Shown in pieces: positions 45,631 to 54,552 of a stretch of 64,000 nucleotides of DNA. The notes beneath the pieces were generated by a model. The model made no database searches, was not told where the DNA came from, and saw nothing but the letters and a program-made list of their open reading frames with translations. The DNA lies in the IMG/VR virus record IMGVR_UViG_3300043620_000032, positions 3,069 to 67,068 of that record; one strand, 5' to 3'. Made by a program: the position numbers and the translations under genes. Each line of letters starts with the position of its first letter. Positions within the stretch are counted from its first letter, which is position 1. The stretch comes from a virus (Duplodnaviria > Caudoviricetes).

Positions 45631-45662
45631 AAAAAACCTCCACGGATTGGGGTCCGTGGACG

Positions 45663-45694
45663 AAGTTAGGCGTTAATTCTTAAGAAATGGTTAA
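45663..45694 (-). promoter_or_regulatory. CtrA-type late promoter for the head operon
   Basis: TTAA-CCATTTC-TTAA, 11 nt, TAACTT. Confidence 0.75.
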
Positions 45695-45798
45695 GACGGT
45701 GGGGCCGTGCCTACCGCGCGAACAACGGTCATCGGCCGTGCCCCTTGCTTTCCCTGGTCGCTCCCAGTCCGCCGTAGCGGGTGGGCAGGTTCCGCAAC

Positions 45799-45978
45799 TC
45801 ATCCTCTATGAATAGCTGGACCAAAAACCTGCCAGCCGAGGATAGCGAACAACACGAACAGCAGAACGGAGCTGACGGTTGCCCCCCACGCTCCAGCGGT
45901 GACTATACCAGCGTGCAAAACCAGCCCGAACACGAACCACACGATCATGATGACCCAGAACGCGATCCCTAACGGCAT
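45799..45978 (-). CDS. Two-TM small membrane protein (holin candidate)
   Basis: AGGAGG RBS; MPLGIAFWVIMIVWFVFGLVL...LLFVLFAILGWQVFG. Confidence 0.7.
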   Translation of the reverse strand: MPLGIAFWVIMIVWFVFGLVLHAGIVTAGAWGATVSSVLLFVLFAILGWQVFGPAIHRG

Positions 45979-46084
45979 GTCAGCCTCCTACGGTTGACGC
46001 TGAAACTGATCCCGCACCAGCCTCCAATACCAGCGCGGCCTGCGGGCAAAACTCGCAGGGCGGAACTGATAATTTTTTCTGCGC

Positions 46085-46657
46085 TCACTCTCCCCAGGAA
46101 ATGCGATCGATGGTGGTTGACCCTTTGTACCCCCGCTCCCAGACGAACCAGGCAAACGGCATGGCACTGGAGGCTTTCGGTCCATCCCAACCTCTCCTAT
46201 GCATCATCGGTAGACGATTGCGGAACACATGGATGCGCGCCAGGCCTGACTTCTCCAGGATGTCGGTGCGCCGCACGCTCTCGAAAAACGCCAGCCGCAG
46301 CAGCATGATCACCAACGGACTAAAATTCAGCGCCTGCCGAACAAATTTTTCCGCCAACTGGTACGGCGGATTGGTCACAATGGCTTCCATACCGACGTCG
46401 CCCAATGGAATTTTAAGAAAATCTAAACGAATTTGGCTCTCACAACCGTAATCTACGATATCCGATGCAGTGACCGAGTGGCCCCGCGCACGGAGAACCC
46501 TGACGATCGAGCCTGGCCCGCACGCCGGTTCCCACACAAGACGAGGGATACCCTCGACGCGCAGGAGCGCCTCAACAGCACAAGCCGGAGTCTCGTAGCA
46601 GTCATCGCCACGCTCTTTGTAAGTGTGCTGCCCAGCCTGGGCAGATTTATCCAGCAT
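46085..46657 (-). CDS. DNA amino-methyltransferase (NPPY type)
   Basis: DDCYETP, WEPACGPG (SAM motif I), IVTNPPY (motif IV). Confidence 0.85.
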   Translation of the reverse strand: MLDKSAQAGQHTYKERGDDCYETPACAVEALLRVEGIPRLVWEPACGPGSIVRVLRARGHSVTASDIVDYGCESQIRLDFLKIPLGDVGMEAIVTNPPYQLAEKFVRQALNFSPLVIMLLRLAFFESVRRTDILEKSGLARIHVFRNRLPMMHRRGWDGPKASSAMPFAWFVWERGYKGSTTIDRISWGE

Positions 46658-46901
46658 CCTTGCCGCCTTTCACCAAACGCAATTTTGGCTCCATGTTTTC
46701 CATCATGTAACGGGGAATTGGTCGGGTACGAAATTCACACTGCACCACCCCATCAGGAATTGCACGCGATAATGGCACGTAAAACGAGAAACCAATCGTC
46801 TCGTCAATGTCACGCTCCAACATCCCACGCTCGATCTCATAGCGCAGCTCGTACAGCAGCTTCTCAATCCGCTCTATTCTAAAATTCGTTGAATCAACCA
46901 T
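46647..46901 (-). CDS. Hypothetical protein
   Basis: MVDSTNFRIERIEKLLYELRYE; coupled to neighbours. Confidence 0.55.
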   Translation of the reverse strand: MVDSTNFRIERIEKLLYELRYEIERGMLERDIDETIGFSFYVPLSRAIPDGVVQCEFRTRPIPRYMMENMEPKLRLVKGGKDAG

Positions 46902-47200
46902 CACTGTTTTTCCTGATGCTGTTGTATCGGCCAAGGTTCGATTGACGGTAACCACGGCGGCATGTCGCCAGTCCTGTTTGGCACAATACAGCGCGCGAGA
47001 ATTTGTTGCACTTCTTTCTGCGAAGAGAAAATCAAATCGAACTCAGTCTTGCGCGCCTCCTGCGCAAATCGCAACACGAACCACAGCATCGCGACCATCG
47101 CGAGGTTCATGACCACGAGACCGAGCATGACCGGATTCGACGACATCGCGGTCATGAACCCACTGGCAACTTTTGCAGCTTCTTCTGCTGGTCCGGCCAT
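46901..47200 (-). CDS. Single-TM lysis-cassette protein (holin/spanin candidate)
   Basis: GGAGG RBS; VMLGLVVMNLAMVAMLWFVL then charged helix. Confidence 0.6.
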   Translation of the reverse strand: MAGPAEEAAKVASGFMTAMSSNPVMLGLVVMNLAMVAMLWFVLRFAQEARKTEFDLIFSSQKEVQQILARCIVPNRTGDMPPWLPSIEPWPIQQHQEKQ

Positions 47201-47205
47201 TATTT

Positions 47206-47328
47206 TTACTCCACCTCCCAACGCCCCGTCACATAGCCAAAAGCTGCCAGCAAAAGGAGCAGTACAATGACGATCGCCACCGTGAGCATGACGCGATGAC
47301 CAAGGCTCATGTCCCGAAGATTGCGCAT
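47206..47328 (-). CDS. Single-TM peptide (40 aa, holin candidate)
   Basis: Start overlaps endolysin stop; VMLTVAIVIVLLLLLAAFGYV. Confidence 0.6.
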   Translation of the reverse strand: MRNLRDMSLGHRVMLTVAIVIVLLLLLAAFGYVTGRWEVE

Positions 47329-48878
47329 CACGCTACATCCGGTTCACTCTGATCCATGTAATCCTGCACCTCCTGAAGCATCACGTCTGCGTCTTTCTTC
47401 AATTCGCTCTCGTGTCTGATTATAGGTCCGTAGTGATTGCACAAATTTCGCAGCGTAAGCCCGCAACTTTCGGCAGAGAACGCAGGCTGGTTCTTGCACA
47501 GATCCTGGAACTCTCTTCCTCTCCCGGATCCATAGCTCGCCCAATCCGACGATGAACATGACACTCCCTCATCAAATGCATCCAGATAACCCTGCGCCAT
47601 CCCTGCCAGATATTCATCCATCAGATCGTCGAATTCAGGTTTGTTGGACCCGGCCGCATTGTAGCTGGTCTGGAAGGCTCCCGCCTCACAAGTGTTGGAA
47701 TCAGTATTGGAAGCGGACTGATCCCTACCACAGCAATGCTTGCCCGAACTCTCCCGCATGCCATGGCCCAGCATCAGCGCATAGAGATGCCGCAACACGT
47801 CGGGGCCAGCAGACCCATTTGTCATCCCCATCTGCTCGAAATCCTTGCGATAGAGATACAGCGCATCCTTGTCGCTGTTGGTCTGCGCCCTCGACATCTT
47901 GACCATGGCGGGATGATCGGCGTTCAGCTTCCGATAAGACTGCGCGAATGCCAGCGCCATGCCCTGCATCCAGCCGGTCGGCGCTTTGCCGCGGTCTTTC
48001 CAAGAATAGGATGCAATCTTTGAATTTTTGGCGATCTCCCTGATGTCGGCCTGCTCGTCCGCCGTCAATGCGCCGGGAGGCGGTGGTAGCGCCGGCGTCT
48101 CGTTATCGAGCGCGTTCCAGGTGTCCTGACCGACGATGCCATCGACCATGAGCCCGCGCGAACGCTGATAGTCCCGCACTGCACCATCGGTGCCAGAACC
48201 GAAATCTCCGTCCTCCACCAACTCACAACCATCCAACTGATTGTTGAGATCGGTCTGTAGCTCTTGCACATAAGGCCCCTCATCGCCCTTGCGCAGCATC
48301 GGCTTGGTCTCGGGTGGGAACGGCTCCGGCTCTGGCTCAGGTCCAGGCGGCAACGGCGTGATCGCCTGCCCCGACACCGATTCCGCAATTGCCTGGCAGA
48401 TTACATCAAACTTGCTCTCATAAATATCAGCATCCGCTTGGCTGTCGACAAAACAGACCTCAATCAAGATCGACGGCTTGGTCGTGTTGTTGAGAAAATA
48501 CAGATCAGTACGCTTTTTCGGACCGCGGTCGATCAGACCAGACACCCCACTGATAGCCTCAGCCACTGCATCTGCCAGCTTGCTCTGCGTGACGTACAAA
48601 CATTCAGTCCCCATCGGCTTCGATGTGGTCTGGTAAGCATTGAAATGCACGGAGACGTCGAGATCGCGCTGCTGCGAATTGTGGTATTTTACAATCGTAT
48701 TGAGGTTCGTACTCTGATCACGACTCGTATCGTCGTGAAACGTCTTGACGCCAACACCGGCAGCTTTCAACAAATCAGCAACCGCATTCACCACCAAGCG
48801 GGCCTCATCGACCTCGTCGAGATAGCCGCTGGCACCGCGGATGTACTTCCCGTGACCGCTAGAGATGACGATGTTCAT
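47328..48878 (-). CDS. Endolysin: Amidase_3, PG_binding_1 and C-terminal lysozyme/SLT-like domain
   Basis: SSGHG, SVHFNA, ILIEVCFVD; DGDFG...DGIVG..TW; MRESSG...GAFQ. Confidence 0.9.
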   Translation of the reverse strand: MNIVISSGHGKYIRGASGYLDEVDEARLVVNAVADLLKAAGVGVKTFHDDTSRDQSTNLNTIVKYHNSQQRDLDVSVHFNAYQTTSKPMGTECLYVTQSKLADAVAEAISGVSGLIDRGPKKRTDLYFLNNTTKPSILIEVCFVDSQADADIYESKFDVICQAIAESVSGQAITPLPPGPEPEPEPFPPETKPMLRKGDEGPYVQELQTDLNNQLDGCELVEDGDFGSGTDGAVRDYQRSRGLMVDGIVGQDTWNALDNETPALPPPPGALTADEQADIREIAKNSKIASYSWKDRGKAPTGWMQGMALAFAQSYRKLNADHPAMVKMSRAQTNSDKDALYLYRKDFEQMGMTNGSAGPDVLRHLYALMLGHGMRESSGKHCCGRDQSASNTDSNTCEAGAFQTSYNAAGSNKPEFDDLMDEYLAGMAQGYLDAFDEGVSCSSSDWASYGSGRGREFQDLCKNQPAFSAESCGLTLRNLCNHYGPIIRHESELKKDADVMLQEVQDYMDQSEPDVA

Positions 48879-49036
48879 TTTTGCTTCCTCACCTTGGCCT
48901 GACCGCGACGGTCTTCCGCCTTGTCCTGCGCCGTACGTTCATATTGCTTGAGTGACATGCCAAGACGTTTGGCACCCCGCTTATCCTCAGCAATATCCCG
49001 CTTCGACCCCTCGTACTTCCGCCGTTTGGAGGCCAT
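48875..49036 (-). CDS. Small highly basic protein (53 aa)
   Basis: MASKRRKYEGSKRDIAEDKRGAK. Confidence 0.65.
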   Translation of the reverse strand: MASKRRKYEGSKRDIAEDKRGAKRLGMSLKQYERTAQDKAEDRRGQAKVRKQK

Positions 49037-49715
49037 CGGCCTTCTCCGTCGCTCGATAGTTGGTAAAAAGCGTGGAATCATGATCAGCACGATACCACCA
49101 AACCGGAAAATCAGGATCTATCTGCTCCAGGCGTGCAAGCGTGTTCACTTCCCACGAAACATTCTTGGTCTTGCCCAGCCAGCGCACGTACTCGCTTTTC
49201 ATCGCATCATTGAACGGTTCGATGAACCTGCGCGGCACCACCATCACCCCGCCGCAGAACCGCCAACACGGGTGGTTGTCGTCATATTTGAATTCGTCTT
49301 TTCCCCAACATCCAGGGATCGCGATCGCCTGCTCGCTGTCAGCACGCTTCAAAAAGGCATCAATGATCGCGCCGGTCACGCCAGGAACGTGAAAAATTCC
49401 GTAGTCGATCCAAACGAACACATCCGAGAATGGATCCATATTCGAAGCAATCTCCAACCACTCGGTTTTTTGCGCCTGGATGATGTGATAAGCGAGCGAA
49501 TTTTTCTGCGGATTATCCGAAACCGACCAAGAAAAATCCGATGGATCGAAATGCTCACTCAAATACCGGGACAACCAACAATGCTCCAAATCGCCTTTGG
49601 CAAACATCACTCGACCATCAATATGATGAAGCAGTGGCTCTCCCAACCGATCGTATTCCTGCTCCGAGCGCGGATGACCCGGTATTGGCACAAAAGCACT
49701 GACCACCGTGATCAT
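48987..49715 (-). CDS. HtrL/WlaTC-like glycosyltransferase-family protein
   Basis: Y..I...K..W...A...DPF...FVWIDYGI; WRFCGG. Confidence 0.7.
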   Translation of the reverse strand: MITVVSAFVPIPGHPRSEQEYDRLGEPLLHHIDGRVMFAKGDLEHCWLSRYLSEHFDPSDFSWSVSDNPQKNSLAYHIIQAQKTEWLEIASNMDPFSDVFVWIDYGIFHVPGVTGAIIDAFLKRADSEQAIAIPGCWGKDEFKYDDNHPCWRFCGGVMVVPRRFIEPFNDAMKSEYVRWLGKTKNVSWEVNTLARLEQIDPDFPVWWYRADHDSTLFTNYRATEKADGLQTAEVRGVEAGYC

Positions 49716-51688
49716 AACGCGTCCTCGTAAATGAACGAGAGCACCTCATCGAGCCGCATGGTCGCAAGCCATGCCTCACAATCCCTAACTCCGTAAGAAA
49801 TCATGATTTCATCATCTTCGATAAAATACGCCATCCCTGCAGCAAACTCGATCTGCCGATCATGAAAAAAGAACGGTAACGAAATGCGATCTACCCGTCC
49901 ATCAGCATGAAAAATTACAAACCGATGCTGATAATAACGATTTGGCCGGCCGGGAATCGTACCGGCCTCATGCACCAATGCCAGCCAGCAGTCCGTTCGG
50001 TCATCTACTTTTACAACCTGTGACCCACCACTAATATGGCTGACATCAAAACCAGGATCAGACTGAAAAATCACATCACCCTTGGAGTTGACCAATGTCC
50101 CCAACCGATAAACGAACCGCAACTCGTCGCCGTTCACCCAAGGCATCCAGTTCTTCTCATGAACTCGATGCGGTGGTAAGATTTGTTGCCAATTGTCTCC
50201 GTAATGCAGATGTTGTTGCCCAAGAGACAGTGGTGCGAGAACTTGTTCGCACCATCCTTCATGGGTCAGTTCTCGAACGGTCGAGAGTGTCCAGAATTCT
50301 TTACCACGTCGAAAAAGCCTTGAATCCTCGAATCCCCGCACCAGCTGAAACTTCGGCTCCGGAAAATTCTCCGGAAGATTTATCTCTCGCCAATCGCTAA
50401 TTCCAGAACCAAGAAAATTACGAGTACGAATAGGATGATCACCAACACTTGCGCCATCGCTGGCCAAAATCCGATACTGCCCCTCTGGCGTAATCGTGTA
50501 ATTAACCGTTCGAACCAAGATGAGCGGCTGTCCGCCATGACTGGTCACCGATGGATTGCAAGCGACATAACCGTCAGGTGGAATAAACTTGACTCGCTCT
50601 GACTTGAATGACGGCACTCCCTCAGCCAGCGGCTCGAGGTACCAAAATTGATTGGACCGCGCCTGCGCATTGCCGGCGAGCGCCAGCTTGTCGCATTCCT
50701 TGGCTCCGCGAGAACGTTTGCGCGCGTCATAATAGGCGCAGATCGCGAACTCTTCCTTCAATCCTTGTGCTGCCTGCTTGTTGACGAACAACGAGTCATT
50801 GGGCTGCGACAGATGCAACCCCGCTTCCGAAAACAGTAGACTGGTATGGTTCGCTCCACGCTCGCGAAATAGCCGACTAAGATCATGGAGCGTTTCGAGT
50901 CGCTGGGGTCGCATGTGATAGGCTTGCAACAGCGCCCACACAGCATTGGGAATGTCACCCAAAGCAGAACAGCAATTGGCGTATCGAAGCTGTGCATACC
51001 AACGCTCCTCATCGAACCCGCCAAGCCCTACGCGAATTTTGTAGTGTTCAGCTGCCTTCGACCACTCACCAGTATCGAAATACGACTGCGCCAGGTAAAA
51101 ATGATAGCGTTCGATCAATCCCGGACGCACTTCATTAGCGATCGCCTGCTCCAGCATCGCAATATCACGAGAACACTTGTCAGGCCGATTAGCGCCGTCA
51201 GCGTGATCCACAAAATCAGCACCAGTGATAGCACCGGATGTTGGGACATCCAGATACTCATGCGTCACTCCCATGTAATTGCCGGTGGCCTTGCGATTGA
51301 GTAGACGTCGGTTCCAGTAGTTCAGATTGCCGCCGACCTGCAGCATGTCGTACGACAGACCACCATTCAATTTACTGGTCCAGAGCGGATTCTCAACCCG
51401 CAACTCCATGTCGGCATCGGCCAGCAACAGATAATCCCAATCGAGTTTGCTTTCACGCGCACGCTGCAGAGCAACATTGCGCGCTTGGGAAAAGTTCTCA
51501 AACGAAGCGTAGTGCAGCTCGAACGGTTTACGCGCCTGTGCGAACAACCGTGATATCTTCTCTGGAGTGCGATCCTCCGACCCGGTGTCAACCACCACCG
51601 CATAGTCGATGTGAGGTAACAGACTTTTTACGCAGCGTTCAATCCGTGCCTCTTCATTTTTGACGATCGCATTCCAGGCGAGTTTCAT
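49712..51688 (-). CDS. GT2 glycosyltransferase with TPR and five-bladed beta-propeller (GH130/GT108-like) domain
   Basis: AIVKNEE, VVVDTGSED, LADAD, GVTHEY; RYHFYLAQSYFD TPR; NPSV, FEDSRL, EKNWMP, IEFAAG, SYGVRD; true start ATG 51688. Confidence 0.88.
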   Translation of the reverse strand: MKLAWNAIVKNEEARIERCVKSLLPHIDYAVVVDTGSEDRTPEKISRLFAQARKPFELHYASFENFSQARNVALQRARESKLDWDYLLLADADMELRVENPLWTSKLNGGLSYDMLQVGGNLNYWNRRLLNRKATGNYMGVTHEYLDVPTSGAITGADFVDHADGANRPDKCSRDIAMLEQAIANEVRPGLIERYHFYLAQSYFDTGEWSKAAEHYKIRVGLGGFDEERWYAQLRYANCCSALGDIPNAVWALLQAYHMRPQRLETLHDLSRLFRERGANHTSLLFSEAGLHLSQPNDSLFVNKQAAQGLKEEFAICAYYDARKRSRGAKECDKLALAGNAQARSNQFWYLEPLAEGVPSFKSERVKFIPPDGYVACNPSVTSHGGQPLILVRTVNYTITPEGQYRILASDGASVGDHPIRTRNFLGSGISDWREINLPENFPEPKFQLVRGFEDSRLFRRGKEFWTLSTVRELTHEGWCEQVLAPLSLGQQHLHYGDNWQQILPPHRVHEKNWMPWVNGDELRFVYRLGTLVNSKGDVIFQSDPGFDVSHISGGSQVVKVDDRTDCWLALVHEAGTIPGRPNRYYQHRFVIFHADGRVDRISLPFFFHDRQIEFAAGMAYFIEDDEIMISYGVRDCEAWLATMRLDEVLSFIYEDAL

Positions 51689-51927
51689 GCTGGACCAGTC
51701 GGACCTGTAGACGAAACATCCATGCTGAAACCCGTCATGCCTGATGGAGCCGTCGGACCTGTCGTTCCTGTGGTAGCCAAAACAGTCGAAGCATCCAGCA
51801 CGTCGTACTCTGTCCCTGGAGCAGCTGATTGCGCGAGAATCGCAATCGCTGCTTCGCGGGTATTGGCTTGAACCGTTATGATCCCGATCGGACCTTTCAG
51901 TCGCTGCTTGATGTAAAACGTCGTCAT
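51685..51927 (-). CDS. Small protein with Thr-Gly tail (paralog B)
   Basis: AGGAGG RBS; TREAAI...SAAPG; TTGTTGPTAPSGMTG...STGPTGPA. Confidence 0.75.
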   Translation of the reverse strand: MTTFYIKQRLKGPIGIITVQANTREAAIAILAQSAAPGTEYDVLDASTVLATTGTTGPTAPSGMTGFSMDVSSTGPTGPA

Positions 51928-51953
51928 GGCCGTCCTCCTTTATAAAGTTCCTG

Positions 51954-52181
51954 TTATGAAGTTCCTGTAGGTCCAGACGCACCGGTGGTGCCGGTGGTGC
52001 CGGTGGTGCCGGTGGTGCCGGTGGTGCCAACACCCGCCTCCTGAATGGTGAAGACCTCGACCTTGTCACCCGGAGCTGCCGCGTTCACGATCTGGATAAT
52101 GGCTTCTTCACGGGTTGGCGCAGTGACGATCTCGATCACATCCGGCAGGGTTCTGCGAACTCTGAGATGATATTCAGGCAT
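51954..52181 (-). CDS. Small protein with Thr-Gly tail (paralog A)
   Basis: TREEAI...AAAPG; (TTG)5ASGPTGTS. Confidence 0.75.
   Translation of the reverse strand: MPEYHLRVRRTLPDVIEIVTAPTREEAIIQIVNAAAPGDKVEVFTIQEAGVGTTGTTGTTGTTGTTGASGPTGTS
51982..52028. repeat. Five perfect 9-bp tandem units CCGGTGGTG
   Basis: Encodes (GTT)5 on the minus strand. Confidence 0.95.
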
Positions 52182-52208
52182 GGTCGTTCACTCCCTTTTG
52201 GTTGAGCC

Positions 52209-54551
52209 TCACCCCGGCCCGCCACCGATCGGCGGCGGTCGCATGCCAGGCTGCATCGGTCGCCGCTGCATCCCAACCACGTTTCCCGGCAAAGCGGGCG
52301 CATTCGACATCGGCGTGGGCTGATTGCCACGCGCCTGGTTCGCCGCCTCGCCCATATCGGCCGGCCGTGGTGGGCCACCGATCCCAGGCGGGCCGGGTGG
52401 GGCACCAGGTGGACCCGCTCCTGGTCCGCTAGGAGGAGCACCCATCCCTGGCGAGCCACCCGGCGCTTCCTCGCCTGGCATTGCGGCGTGCGAGGCTAGG
52501 AACCCGGCGGTGAGTTCCGAAGCGATCTTCTGAACGCCCTGCTCGACACCGGCCTGAATGCCCTTGTCGACCTGCTCGTTGATCGCCTGGACCTGCTTGT
52601 TCTTCTCCTGCTTTTCCTGTTTCTTGGCGAGTTCTTCATCCGACGGCACCACCTCCTCACCGTCGAGCCCGATGGTCTGCGATACACTGCGCAGCACCGT
52701 CCCGCGGCCCTTCATCCCCATGATCTCGAGGTCGACCGGATTGTTGGTGTGCTGCAGGAATTCAAGTTGCCGCTGGCGCTGGGTCTCACGCTGGACCGCC
52801 ACGTTCACGCCCTGGACGTAAATATCCTCTTCCCCAGTCAGTGCGCCGGTCGTATCCGTCAGCAATACCAGATCCGATAATTGCTGCAGCGCCACCTCGA
52901 AAATATCGCGGTCGATATTGGCAGCGACTGTTTGCAAGATTTTGCTGGCATTGCCCATCAGCATGGCGAGGCCTGACGCCGTGCGCCCCGCCCCACCGGA
53001 AGCCTGCCCGCCGATATATTTCGGGATCGCACTGACGTCGTCGCTCAGGTCGACAAATGCTTTGAACACCGTGAGCAGCTCCTGAGCATTGCTCTGCGGC
53101 TGAAAAAACTCGATCGGTGGCTTGGCATTGTTGCCGACGGGATCGCTGACCACATGCCAGCGTTTCCACGGATATATCTCGTCGACATTATCTTCCGGCC
53201 GGCAACGCTCAACGTTGACCACCACCTGCGGCCCGGAAGCGATGCTCATATTGTTGACCAACGCCCGCAAAGTGGCGTTGGCGACGTCTTGAATGTCGGA
53301 AATCAGGTCAGTGAGCGAATTGCCGATCGGCGTTCCCGGCACTTTCTCGAACGAGGTGACAAAATAATTATGCCGCGCCCGCGGCGAAGGCGACAGATTT
53401 GCTTTGATGATGTGGCTGCCGATACAATAGGCGTCGACATGGTAGTCCCGGATCGGATCGGAAATTCCCGGCATGCCGTAGTCTTGCAACACCTCGCCCC
53501 AGACGTTGCCGTGAAACTCCATCTGGGTGATCAAGCCGCTGCGGTTCCAGGCCGGATTCTCCCGGCTCTCGAGCACGGCTCTCTCTGCATCCGTGGTATC
53601 CCAATTATCGTACAGCCCGCCGCGGCCGAACTCGGTCAGCACAGCGCGGACCTCATCCTGGTTGAAACCCGGCAGGTCGAGCATGTCGTTGAGTTCAGCC
53701 CGCGTCAGGCCGGATTTCTCGATCACGTCGGCGTTGGCGATATCGGAGACGCCAGGTGTCCACCAGATGTCGAACGGCGACACCCGGTCCCACATCATGG
53801 TCGGGATCTGCTTGACCAGCGGTTTGCCGTCCTGCCACTGGATCTCAGGCACGATCTTGACGGTCGGGCCCTTGAGGCAGGCGAACGGAAAAATCGGTAG
53901 ATCCACAAGAAATTCAGCCAAAGCGTGATAGAAAAACCCGTTCCTCAGAAACTCCTCGATCTTGTCCTCGGACGTCTTGGCCTGCTTCTGCGCCAGCTTG
54001 CGCGCCGCCTCTTCCGCCGACTCCATCAGCGCCATGCGGCGGGTACGGGCGGCATCCTCCGGCGGCGGCTGCCCGGTGGCCTGCTGCACCATCTGCTGCT
54101 CGTGTTGCATCAGCGCGTCGATCTTCTGGATAATCTCAGGCGGAACGTCGGGATCCGCCGGCGCGCGCACCGCCCACGGCCGGTCGCTGCCAAGGTAGAC
54201 ATCCCGCAGCAAAGAGCTGGCGGCACGGCACTTTTGGGCGGTCAAGCGGGCGTAAATCTCCGACCCGCCGAACTTTTTCACGTCCTGCAGCTTGGTCGGA
54301 TTGTACTGGCCGTTGAACGCCCGCATGGCCTCGAGCAGCCGGTTCGACCAGCCCGATGCGGTATTGCGGTGATTGCGGAAGATCTCGAACTGGCCCCGGA
54401 TGTAGCCCACGAGCTGGGGTGGAGCGGGCTGAGCGGGCGTGTTGGCCGCCGCCCGATCCTGCTGCTGCTTCAACAGCTGCGCCTCCAGCATCGCCGGCGG
54501 CACCACCTGCAAGACGTTCACAGCACCCAAGGGATTATCAGCCATGCCCAC
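52209..54551 (-). CDS. Portal protein (P22-like) with Pro/Gly-rich tail
   Basis: 780 aa; RVSPFDIWW, RALVNNMSIASGPQ, RTASGLAMLM; start 54551 or 54545. Confidence 0.88.
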   Translation of the reverse strand: MGMADNPLGAVNVLQVVPPAMLEAQLLKQQQDRAAANTPAQPAPPQLVGYIRGQFEIFRNHRNTASGWSNRLLEAMRAFNGQYNPTKLQDVKKFGGSEIYARLTAQKCRAASSLLRDVYLGSDRPWAVRAPADPDVPPEIIQKIDALMQHEQQMVQQATGQPPPEDAARTRRMALMESAEEAARKLAQKQAKTSEDKIEEFLRNGFFYHALAEFLVDLPIFPFACLKGPTVKIVPEIQWQDGKPLVKQIPTMMWDRVSPFDIWWTPGVSDIANADVIEKSGLTRAELNDMLDLPGFNQDEVRAVLTEFGRGGLYDNWDTTDAERAVLESRENPAWNRSGLITQMEFHGNVWGEVLQDYGMPGISDPIRDYHVDAYCIGSHIIKANLSPSPRARHNYFVTSFEKVPGTPIGNSLTDLISDIQDVANATLRALVNNMSIASGPQVVVNVERCRPEDNVDEIYPWKRWHVVSDPVGNNAKPPIEFFQPQSNAQELLTVFKAFVDLSDDVSAIPKYIGGQASGGAGRTASGLAMLMGNASKILQTVAANIDRDIFEVALQQLSDLVLLTDTTGALTGEEDIYVQGVNVAVQRETQRQRQLEFLQHTNNPVDLEIMGMKGRGTVLRSVSQTIGLDGEEVVPSDEELAKKQEKQEKNKQVQAINEQVDKGIQAGVEQGVQKIASELTAGFLASHAAMPGEEAPGGSPGMGAPPSGPGAGPPGAPPGPPGIGGPPRPADMGEAANQARGNQPTPMSNAPALPGNVVGMQRRPMQPGMRPPPIGGGPG

Positions 54552-54552
54552 A

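Noticed and set aside
51688-52069. 127-aa N-terminal extension of the glycosyltransferase in the ORF track
   Set aside because: It overlaps two real small genes; the GT2 fold begins at MKLAWNAIVKNE (ATG 51688, coupled to the upstream stop).
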